Origin: Magallana gigas
Taxonomy: Eukaryota
Assembly (NCBI RefSeq): GCF_963853765.1
Contig: NC_088861.1
Location: 48,980,001 to 49,044,000 of the forward strand
Direction: 5' to 3'
Length of the DNA stretch: 64,000 nucleotides
Shown here: positions 34,901 to 46,200 of the stretch, in pieces
Numbering within the stretch: the first letter of the stretch is position 1
How the letters are laid out: each line of letters opens with the position of its first letter
Notes under the pieces: generated by a model
What the model was told of the DNA's origin: nothing
The model's database searches: none
What the model saw: the letters and a program-made list of their open reading frames with translations, nothing else
Translations under genes and position numbers: made by a program

Positions 34901-37165
34901 AATTTATGCAAATATCGATGAACAACAATGTTTTGTTCGTTTCTTTTTCGTAGACTCAATTAGTTCATTCATAAACATATTGATGTAACATTCATACTTT
35001 TTTTTTTACCATTTTCGTCTTTTTATTTTACAATTGAAAACACAGTCTGTGACAAAGGATGGTATGGTGTTCAATGCAGGGAGCCATGTGGTCATTGTCA
35101 GGACTCAAACCAATGTCTGCAATCAAACGGAAGATGCTTAACGGGGTGTATGGCTGGGTATAGTGGACATCTGTGTAAAGCACGTGAGCATATGACTTAT
35201 ATTACTATTCTCTTTAACATGTAGATAAATTACTGTTTTTAATTTGCAAACTTTAATGATATTTGCATCCCTTTTATTTTAAGAAAAAACATGTTTACCT
35301 TGCAAAATAACATATCTTGTATTTAACTCAAGTTAGCCGTCTAAAAAAATATGTTATGTTACCACAACTTAATTGCATGTCAACTATCTTTCAGCTGGCA
35401 AAATTACAGAATTGACAACATACATTTTTCATCATAACTAACTTTATTTACGGATTCCCAAAAGTTTAAAACAATGTTAAGGGCGAATACACAATAGATT
35501 TAAACTAAGTACAACATGTTGCAAGAACATTCCAGAAAGGAAGATTCCGGTGCTCTTGGTTTTTCCCTTATTCTGCATTTTAAGAAATTTTCATTTGATA
35601 CTCTTACTAAGACTAATGCCTATAACTAAAAATGTTGCCAAGAATATAAAGTACATGCTGAAAACGCTTCATTCTTGTTTGAGTTTTTGTCACGTGTAAC
35701 TGTTTTAAATCAGTATTAATTTTGTTATTACCAAAATATTGTTTATCAGGTTGAGCAACTTGGAGTTTTGTTTAGTGCACATCTCTGATTGACAACACCT
35801 CCTTCTAAGATGGTCTTTCAGTAAACAAACAATTAATCTGGTGACACATGCTAAAATATTCCTTTACAGATTGTATTGCACTGCAATGTATACAAGTATA
35901 ATTAGTGTAAAATGATGATGTTAATTAGAAATCGTTATTAAAAAGCAATGAAAGATGATGCTTTTGTGTTACAGAATGTACACACAGGAAGTACGGTGAT
36001 GGTTGTCGGACTGATTGTGGACACTGTAAAGATATGGGGCAGTGTAACCACGTGGATGGGGTTTGTCCAAACGGATGTGAACCCGGATATACACAAGACA
36101 ATTGTACACAACGTACGACGATGATTCGCTATCAACTCCTTGTTGTTGGTCAAACGAAGCAAATCAAAACATTTCTATATATCCGTTTTACTTTCATGCA
36201 TATGCAAGCAAATAAATGGTTAAACAAACAATACAATGCAACTAAAGGGTCAATTAAAAAAATAATCCAAAGCACGTTTAGTAATACATTAAAAATTATA
36301 GAAGGATATATATTCAACATATCCATATTAATGTTAACCAAGATTATTGTTTATTAAAACTGTCTTCAAAACACGAAACTCTTGCAGATTGTGAGATAGG
36401 AACGTATGGAGTTGACTGTAATGAGACCTGTGGACACTGTCGTGATTTAAACCAGTGTTCTTACACCAATGGAACATGCTTCACTGGATGTAATGCTGGT
36501 TACCATGGTGACCAATGCAAAACAGGTGAGTACATAGACTAATTGTGTGGGCAATATAAATCATGATCTATTAGAATAATGAGGTGTACTTCTTTTTATT
36601 TTAAATTTCATATGTATCTGTTGAATCAAATTACATGTTCTAAGTATTTGTAAAATTAAAAAAAATAAATAAAAAACACCTATTGGCAAAGTAAACTGTC
36701 GTATCTTATTCAATGGTCTGCAAATGATGAGATTTTTGTGTAATATAATGAATACTGATGATACCAATAAAAGAATATTTTATATTTCTTTTTTCATGAA
36801 CATTGTTTCATCAATTGGCTCTGGTAAATATGTTGACATTATATGAACTTTACGTTTCAGTTGACGAACTGTCTAGAAGAACCCTTCTCTTTTTTATTTT
36901 TTCGTTATGTTCGATATTGGGGCTGACATGGATTTGTTGGATAATCTCCACAATTTGTAATAGAAGAGGACGGTATGGACAACAAAATTTCAAGCAATGC
37001 AAAAAGGAAGTCCAGGCTGAAGATTTACATATGAAAGCTGAAAGTGAGCACATGGCGCGAATATACGACGATACAAAGTGTAAGAGTCCGGTGGAAAATC
37101 AGGCGTGTTTCAATGTTCCTGAAGACAACACTTATGTTGAAATGAAACATATTTATCAAAATTGA
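28914..37165 (+). CDS. Gene C: signal peptide + F-type-lectin-like domain + 7 EGF-like repeats + TM + tyrosine-motif tail, about 595 aa; paralog of gene B
   Basis: Exons 28914-28989, 29354-29572, 31189-31419, 32818-32946, 33549-33686, 34158-34295, 34599-34736, 35046-35183, 35975-36112, 36388-36525, 36861-37165. All phase 1; the joined ORF is 1788 nt and open. An assembly gap lies in intron 3. Confidence 0.82.
31660..31845. mobile_element. Interspersed repeat fragment (unclassified non-autonomous element)
   Basis: GC-richer island with internal inverted repeat CGAATTGT...ACAATTCG and the motif AACCAATCAGATTTCAGTATTTAACATGAAAG; family not verified. Confidence 0.3.
32087..32217. other. Assembly gap (131 N)
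   Basis: Run of N. Confidence 0.99.
36861..37165 (+). CDS. Gene C terminal exon: TM helix and tail with YDDT, YVEM and YQN
   Basis: TTTCAG acceptor; TLLFFIFSLCSILGLTWICWIISTIC followed by NRRGR; ends ...NTYVEMKHIYQN-TGA. Confidence 0.82.
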
Positions 37166-37880
37166 ATAACTCTACGGAGCTTGACAGCAAAGCGCAACTT
37201 AACCATTCAATAATTTATGAGCTCCTTTCCAGGTGATCAATGGCGATCAATAACGAGCTTCAGATTTTGGTTTTATTTTTTTATATATATTTAAAAATCC
37301 TTTGAATTATAGAAAACATAGATTCCATATTGTCGCAGGTCAATTTTCCTTATAGATTAGAGATAAAATTTGGAGAGGCTATATAGAAAAATGACAAATT
37401 TATAGTTGCATCAACCGGAGCCTTTATAGTTAGGACAATGCCATGTACAATGCACATCACTTAAATGTGTTCCTTAGTTAGAGTTACCTTTGTAGCAGTT
37501 GGATAGGCAAAACTCCAAACATTTCTCAGGATGAAACGTAAAAGTACAACACTGAATACTCAGGGGAATTTACAATAAATGTAATAAAAATTATTTAACA
37601 TCCGTCGATGCCCAATATAAAATTGGGAAGTATACCCCCCTCTCCAAAAAAAGTGAAAATAAAATAAACACGGGGTGTAAAAGTCATTACAATAATGATA
37701 ATCCTAATTTTTTTTTAGCTATGAAGTTGCAGGGTTTCGTGTTAGTGAATGCAAATACCTTGCAAAGAATGTTGTTGTACAAAGTGAGTGTAAATTTCAT
37801 TGACTTGATATTTGTTTTCGTTTTTTAAGTAGCTTGTTTTTTTTATGTTTGACATTGTTTGTATTAGGTTCAATGTTTAA

Positions 37881-38385
37881 AGGGACTTGGACACGATTTG
37901 AGATCAAACATTTTATTTTTTATGTATAAAATGGTTAACTGGTGCAATTTAAATGATTGACCAAAATATTAAATGTTGAAGTCAAGTTACAAGCGAGATA
38001 CAGAGGTAAGAATTGATAGTTATGTAAACAAAGCTCGAGTCTTATAGTTGTTTACAAAAAATGTAATGTAGAATTTTAACATTTCTTAGACCAATTAAAA
38101 TGTAAAAACCATTTAAACTAATTCAATATCTTTATAAATACTATTATCATCAAAAGAAAGTTATATTTGATTGAAACCTACACCAATACAACACATATGT
38201 AAAAATGACAATATTCGAGCTTTGTTTACAAAACAAAGAATTATAAACTCCGTATCTTGCTTAGTACTTGATATTTGAGTTTCAAATTTTGACATAGTAT
38301 TATAAATTTCTATATTTATCAGTAAAAACATAAAAAATGGAAAAACAAAATTTGAAAATTTTAAGTCAAATCGGTTAAAGTCCCT
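37881..38385. mobile_element. Kolobok-like non-autonomous element (505 bp), older related subfamily
   Basis: TTAA|AGGGACTTGGACACGATTTGA ... TCAAATCGGTTAAAGTCCCT|TTAA; shares internal blocks (TATGTAAACAAAGC, GTATCTTGCTTA) with 11113-11592. Confidence 0.7.
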
Positions 38386-39164
38386 TTAATGTACTGTTTT
38401 TGTGTTTCATATGTAAATAGAATAATTTTGTGTTTTTGTATTTGTAGCATTACATGTAAACATAAGTTTTTATTATTGTAATCTAATCCGTGTCAGTACA
38501 GCATAGACGGACGTGACATATATTATCGTATTTATAATAAATCACAAATATGTATTCCAAACAAACAATTTGATAAAATTATGATAGTAAAAAACATTGG
38601 TTATAGTTTTGTACCTTTCTTAACGTTGGAAAATATATAGCATGATATCATGATATACACATTTACTAATGACCTCGTAATCCAACCTGCTATTTTTAAA
38701 TAGAGAGTTGTAAAGCTCCATGTAGATAATCAAAATCAACAATAACCTCTAAACTTAAATCAGTTTGAAAAAGTTCATTTAAAATTTGTTTTTAAGAATA
38801 TAGTATAGTTTCGCGAATATTAAATCTGTATTATTTAATCTTAAATAAAAACGTCAACTAGACTTTAAATTTCGACGCAGCGATATTTCATATTTATAAT
38901 GCTTTGAACTTATGTATTATTTTCATTTTGCAACGAAGGTGTATAACTTTTTAAATTCTTAAAAAAAATAATGATTGTGATTACATCATGATACATAATA
39001 ATAAATAAGTCCTTGGTATTTTACAACAATGTAGTGAGTTCTCCTTTGTGGGTTCTAACTACGAGAAATATTAATATTCCCTACCTTACATTATGTTTAA
39101 TTTGATTATTATAATAAACTGAAATCACTTTACTTTGATCTCAAATACGATTGAATACATATAT

Positions 39165-39520
39165 CTTTTTCCCCATCTGCTTAAGTCCCCAGGTCAAAAC
39201 GTCTAAACCTTTACGTCACAGCAAGTGTGCTCAACCAAAACTACACAAACTTGAGTCTGGGAGAAATGGTTATAAACAACCTTGTAATTTTTTTTTATAT
39301 TTATATAGCAATTCAAGAACAGATCGATCTCAAATGGTCAGATTGCATTGATTTGAGACTTTGCGATCGACAGCTGAACTCCCCACTCCTTACTGTTCTG
39401 TTTAATATGTTTGTGAGCTATCTGCTGTTTAAACCCCGTCAAGCAGAATGACTGCCTTAGATACTCTTTTAAAGCTCGTTCTATTATATCAAATGACCAG
39501 GTATCATCGGAACTTGATAA
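39165..39520 (-). pseudogene. Possible decayed death-domain coding fragment
   Basis: Interrupted frames read KQQIAHKHIKQNSKEWGVQLSIAKSQINAI, TQVCVVLVE and KGLDVLTWGLKQMG, resembling death-domain helices; stops and frameshifts are present. Confidence 0.25.
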
Positions 39521-40239
39521 AACCAAACACAAAGAATATTACATAGCTTAGGAAGCAACTTAATTTTAACCAATTTACCAGAGATGACATTTTCTAACTA
39601 GTTAACCGGTCGGAACAGTGGTAACCGATTATAAATTATTAAAAAACTATAAAAAAAATTTATAAAAATTATAAAATATAAAATTATAATAAAATTATTA
39701 TATAAAAATTGTATATATTAACTCAATTTCATTAAATATTCAATTTTTTTGTATCTCTCGAGACATTAAATACAGGTAACATACAAATTAGAGACAATAA
39801 AAGCCCCGAGACTGTGCTTTTGAATGCATTTGTCAGTGGATGATTATGGTAATGGATAATAATAACTATTAAAACAACATGTCTGTTCAGCTTTTATTCT
39901 GTTATTAATGAATTCTTAAAACAATATTGAGTACCGTTACAGTTATCATTAGTGTACTTTATTTCAATAGTTTTTCAGATATTGTTTTAATCAATACATT
40001 TGTCTATATTGAACACATACATATAATAGCTACGATCATACAGGCATTTTTTTCCGCATTTGTGTCTTCTATGTGCCTGAGTAATCAATAAATCGCATCA
40101 AGTTACATCTCTGACTTTTCAAAAACAGATAATCACAGATCTAAAAGCTCACCGTGACGAGGCGTCACTTTAATGAAGAATCACCTTTATGAAACCACCT
40201 TTATCATATTATATGAAAATCATTGTTAATGATCTTGGT

Positions 40240-40915
40240 TATACATGGATACTGTTTTGACACAATATCGTATTAAAGTATCATATGTTAAAAATTGTAT
40301 GATAATCATATGTTTATTTCATGCCGTAATTGTAGACACATTTTTATCAAAACAATAATATAAAATACGATATTGCATCCTATGATACTTACAATATCTA
40401 TAATATGAAACAACAAAATGCTGTAATAAATATTGATGCATATAAAATTGTAACATATGATATGACAGTGTATTGTGTTATACATTATTGTATTTGATTT
40501 TGTAATACAAAATCATAAAACTGATACAATGAAGTATTATATGAAACACTATCATATCACATAATACATGGAAATTTGGTAACATATGATATTATATTGT
40601 ATAATGTTTAATGATATTGTATTGTATGATACAATTTCATTTGATACAACATTGTATAATATCATATGATACAATATCATGTGATAAAGGTTTATAGATT
40701 AAATAATACAATATTATATCATGTGATAAAATGTTATATATTTCAATATCACATAATTCAATTTCATGTGATATAATAATTTATTATGTAGATAATATTA
40801 TTTTATACAGTATCGTATCATATTATACAATATTATATATTGCAACATCATATAAAACAAAAGCATGTGATAAAATGGTTTGTTATACAATAATACAATA
40901 TCATGACACAAAATT
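40240..40915. repeat. AT-rich low-complexity degenerate array (ATATCATATGATACAAT-like units)
   Basis: Recurring ATATCAT / ATGATAC / ATACAAT / ATTGTAT motifs in both orientations. Confidence 0.55.
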
Positions 40916-43051
40916 ATATTATAATGCACCCTAAAAATATCACGTTTGAAAAAAAATCGCTGTTTACGGTCGCCATGTTAATGATAAAATTCGAGAAATT
41001 CCAAGTGCGATTTCCGACAAAATGACAGGCAAATTCAAAATGGCAGTTTAGTCATGTTTTAACACAGGCATATAGTGTATAATTGTAATAATATATTTTT
41101 TTTTTGGGGGGGGGGGGGTCGGCAGATGACACTATCCAAATACGAATCAACACAACAAGTTGGCATTTTAACTGAAAGATATGTTTACAAAAATCGGGAT
41201 AAAACTGTATACATGTATAATGCGCATGCTTTGAGTGAACCATATGGCTTAGGGGCATAGTCAATTTCATAATCAAACAGTCATAGTAATGTTTTAGGAT
41301 TAAAAAAAAAGTTTTTGATATTTTGTCCATGCAAATTATGCATTTGTATCTTGCTAAGCAAAAGTTAAAAGTAATGCTTAGATAGGCAAACTGGTCTACA
41401 ATTTCAAGCGTACATGTTTATCATAAATATACCATTTTCACATTATTTTACCCCTTTACCTTATTGTAAAAACAACAATCGTTGACGTCAACATAATTGT
41501 GCAATTTTCATTTTTTACAACAATCTCTTAATTGATCAAAAATACATTGAATATCAGCAATTGCCTTTGAAATAATCGCCATGCCATCAATGTTTAAAAA
41601 GAAATTACATCATATAATTTCAAAATGTAGACATCCAGAATTTAAAACTAAATTAATTTCATACAAAAAAAAAATAAAATGGACAAAAGTACTTTGCCTT
41701 GCAATAAACAAAGACTTCTGACAAAAATCACACAAAAAATCATCAAATTGTTCTTCAACACGTTTATATATCATTTAATTACACGCAGAAGTTTCCCATG
41801 CGTACCAAGTTTAGAAATGCTCACTCCAAGTTAAGGCATTCCACGGTCAAATATTTTTTTGAAATTAATAAAGGCATGGCAGAGATTGATTTTATTTGCA
41901 AACTTTAAATGATGAAGTTTTTTTTAAGAAGGTGGGACATAATCTGCATCACATGTTTTACAATTAGATTTAGAACACAATTGTGCAGCAGAAACGACAT
42001 TATTTTCATTTAACCATGTCATAAGTAGTTTAAAACAGAAATAACAAGTATTCCTTTTAAAGGAACGATCGGCATGTAATATTATTAGTCACCCCTGTTA
42101 ATGAAATGCAAATGCATTACAGTACATACAAAAACATAATATATAAGATATATAGCACCGTTTTGTTCATTTCCGAAATAGCAAGCCAGGAAAAATGCTT
42201 TACTTTAAGTGGGAGAAGTATACGTCCAATTTACATTCTTACGCATATGTAAGAAAAACGTGATTTAAATCATTATGTATAATACTGTATAAATGTTTTA
42301 CTTTCAAGCCAAACGCTTTAGAGTAGCGTTTTAGTAATCTTCGTGTAATTAAAGATTTATATGAGGTTGTCATTGCATAGTAAATAAAGTAGTGCAAGGC
42401 ACAATACGTGCGCACATAGTAAAATTTGTTGGAAGCCTTATATGGACACAACTGTGATCGACCAAAGCAGATTACAAATAGATTGCAACATATGTTACAA
42501 ACAAATTGATTATCTATAGTTATTCAAATCATATCTATCTCCCTTTTTCAAATTAAGCATGATAATAAAAATGACCAACATTCAGGGTAAAAACAAGGAT
42601 GTAGTATACAATTTAAAAGGTTAAAGTAGTTAGGCAACATATATTCGTCAACTTAAATGAAGAAGTCATAAGGTAAACAGTCATTACCATGTTAATTGCC
42701 TGTTCTTTATTTATTTATTGCTGCAATATCGTCATCTGTATCTAGTTCTTCAAATTTACATCTTCAGCATCAATGGAAATATCAATACCTAGAATGCATT
42801 GTGAAATTATTTCCAGTGATTAAAAAACTAACTTTAAAATACATTAGAATTAAATTTATATTTTTGTTAAAAATTGTAAAAACTGATCGAGAATATTTTC
42901 TGTAAGAAATTTTCCGTTTTTGACTCTGATATAATTAACACTGTTTTTAAACATTAAACTACACAAAAATAACATGTAAGTGGTTTTTTTTTTTTTTTTT
43001 GGCTTTTTTTTTGTTAACATACCGATTCTGTATACCATGGCTGCATGTTTC

Positions 43052-43239
43052 TTATGGTATAAGAGTGCGAACCCTACTCTCAATTGGTGATCTACACACC
43101 GGGCACGTTTCGACTCTTTCGCCACACGATCGGCAGCAACATAGGTGATTACACGGTTGAAACATCACCTCCAATTCGAAATCAAGACAGACCTTACACT
43201 TTGTCTTCTGTCTTAGTTCACTAACCACCTGTTCAAGGT
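43052..43239 (-). CDS. Terminal exon: IAP/MDM2-type RING finger
   Basis: DLEQVVSELRQKTKCKVCLDFELEVMFQPCNHLCCCRSCGERVETCPVCRSPIESRVRTLIP-stop, after a TTTCTTTCAG acceptor. Confidence 0.92.
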
Positions 43240-46200
43240 CTGAAAGAAAAATCCCACGTATATCTCAAAATTGACAAACCGTGATCAAAATGTACTAAAT
43301 ATTTTAGAGCATTTCAGATAATTTTATAAACCCCCCATTTACAGAACAGTAAAATCACTATAGTATACAGGAATAAAGTTTTGGGAAAATTATTTGTTAA
43401 CTTGTACAATTATTTAATTTTTATTGAACCCATATAGTTTAAAATACTTAAGGACATTTCATCTTACCTTGGTTTTGAGAACTTGAGGTTCTACCCCCAG
43501 TACTAGGTGGCTGTGACCTTGAGGCGTTTTGGGGGATAACATGAGGGTTCTGGTCATTGGAATATTGTGTGTTTAAGACTTCACGAGTCTGCCCAAAATT
43601 CAGTACTGCATTCATCAGGGCATCGGAATTAGGGAATGCGTTACCTGAAGAAAATATAACAATAAATATAGATTATATATTCCAAGCGAATTATCAATCT
43701 GGTCTATGTTTCCAAAGACAACTATCGTACCTTTGAATAATGAATCAATTAGAGTCATTTTGTTTTCAACATCATAAAAGTCAGCAGTTTTAAATTGCTG
43801 AACTCTAATGTATATAATATTTGCTCATATGAGGACAGAAATCAGTGTCATTATTCACTATTTATCTTTAAAAAAATTAGATGTCTTAGGCCAAAAAAAA
43901 ATCAGAGAAATCCGCGGAGAATCTGGTTTGTCATTTTGAAATGTATTTTCGTATGTTGCATTGTTGTATGAGGAAATTTCAGAGTGCATTTTGTCATTTA
44001 GCATTTTAATATGCATGTGCATTCCAAAACATAGTTCCAGCGCCAAATTGGATAAATGCAAAGTTCGCTTTACCCAACAGTTTACAAATAATGTACCTTT
44101 ATTTCTATTTTTTTAATTAATTAGTATCAAAAGATTTGAGACATAAGATAACAGTGGTTCGCTAAGTGATATTGGTTTCTGTCGTCTCATTTGTCTGTTA
44201 AAGACATGCCTGAACCAAAAACTGCATCCAAACAGGTACTTGCTAGGACTGGAGGTCTTAAATCGCATGAGTGAGATTCAATGTTCGACCTTTCTGACTT
44301 GCGTACGTATGCAGTTATTATGCCTGATTCGTTTTTTACAGCTTGTCTAAAGGCTGACCACTTTCATAGAACGCGAATTCAATTATAAGTATTTGCTCTC
44401 CTATGGACAATTTTGAAAACCACATTTATTAACAAGGAGCGCTGATGTACACAAATCTTTGTCAATTTGTGCTACCACTTCACATTCAAACTTTCAAAGT
44501 TTACTATCATATTTCAATTTCAAACAGTCTTTAAAAATTCCTGCAGCTCCCTATTATGATTCAAAGGTTTGTAGTAATTCTATACGTTTCATCTCCTTTA
44601 TATTTAAAGAATTTTGCTTAAATTTTATTCTATAGCAGACAATGTACAGTCATGTCAATTAAATGGGCAAATAATATACGTGTTTTGTCTATTGACCACT
44701 TCTCGAATAGTTCCACAAGACAAAAATGTGCGCTAAATTCATTTTTTGAGGTTGAATAATTTGTTGTTTGATCCTACCTCTATTTGAAGCTCAACTGAGC
44801 TGAAAGCTCAAGTGAGCCTTTCTGATCACATTTTCACCAGAACCACAGCGGCAATTTCAACAAAATTTTGCCCAAAGCAACTTTAGGCAAGAGGAATCCA
44901 AAGTTGTGAAAATTAGGGACCACGTCTATTTGCAAAGGGAGATAATCGGGAATTATTGGGAGATTTTGAGAAATTTTAAAACATCCTTTTATCAAAAACC
45001 ATTTGACTAAGAAAGCTTAAACTTATGTAGAAGCATCCTCAGTTGGTGTAAATTTTAAATTTGTGAAAATCATGACCCTCGGGGGTAGGTTGGGCCCACA
45101 TGGGGGGGGGCGGGCTGTTCAATTTGTTTTGAAGAAATATATTGAGTTAATATTTAACAATCTTCCCAGAAACTAATCAGTCAGAAACAATGAATCTTAT
45201 GTGGAAGCATCCTCATCTAGTGTTCATTCAAAGTTTGAAAATCATGACTCTTGGGGGTAGGGTAGTGCAACAATTGAAGATTGAATTGAATTTCTATATA
45301 GTAATATAAAGAGTCAATCTTTGTTTTTTTTTCTCAAAAACTAATAAACCGGGAAAGCTTATGTAGAAGCATCCTCAGCTAGTGTAGATTCAACGCTGTG
45401 AAAATCATGACCCCACGGGGGTACGGGGGCAACACTAAGGGTTAAAACTTTTACATAGGAGTAAAAGGAGCAATTTTTAAAAAATCTTCTCCTCAGAAAC
45501 TAATCCAGCAGAAAAACTGAAACTTATATGGAAACATCCTCAGGTAGTGTAGATTCAAAGTTATGAAAACATGACCCCAAAGGGAACGGTGGGATCACAA
45601 TGGAGATTAAATTTTTGCGATGCTCATCATGTGAAATGACTATAAAATCATTTTGTTAGAAAAAGGACTTGGTTATAAACGTAAGAATATTGGAGGAGAA
45701 ACTGGATTTTTATTTATGCAGGATCTACATGTACATGTATTATTTCTATCGGTAATTTTTTTTCTTATTTAATATCGTCAAATTTTCTGATTATTTTTAA
45801 ATGTTGCTTGACTATTTATTTATAAAATACTCTTCCATGCAAGAATACTTATTCTATGTTCTATTAATCTGGCTTTAAATTTACATTAAGATCTTTACAA
45901 ACATTTATTAGTTTACGATGCGCCGCTTAAACTGCCGACGTCGCCGTCTTACTACAATTTTAAGTTGTTTTTTTTTTTAAACACTCTATAAACAATAGTT
46001 ATAACTCTGTCAAATGTGTTCACAATTTTACGAAAATGAGTAAAAAAAAAACAATTTTCGAATTAAAATAGTCCCTCAATTTTTATTATACTATTCTGTT
46101 TTTACATGTTTTCTTTGCAGTTGCGCCGCTTGTCAAATTCATTATCAAGTATGTTTTGTATTTTGAATATATTTTCAAAGATATATCTAATTACGTTAGT

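Noticed and set aside
37721-37783. Short ATG-started frame ending at a GTGAGT donor, after a TTTTTTAG acceptor
   Set aside because: No recognisable product and no compatible partner exon found; could be a UTR exon or chance.
41831-42442. Possible old TIR element (TTAAGGCATTCCA ... TGGAAGCCTTAT)
   Set aside because: The inverted match is short and imperfect with no clear TSD.
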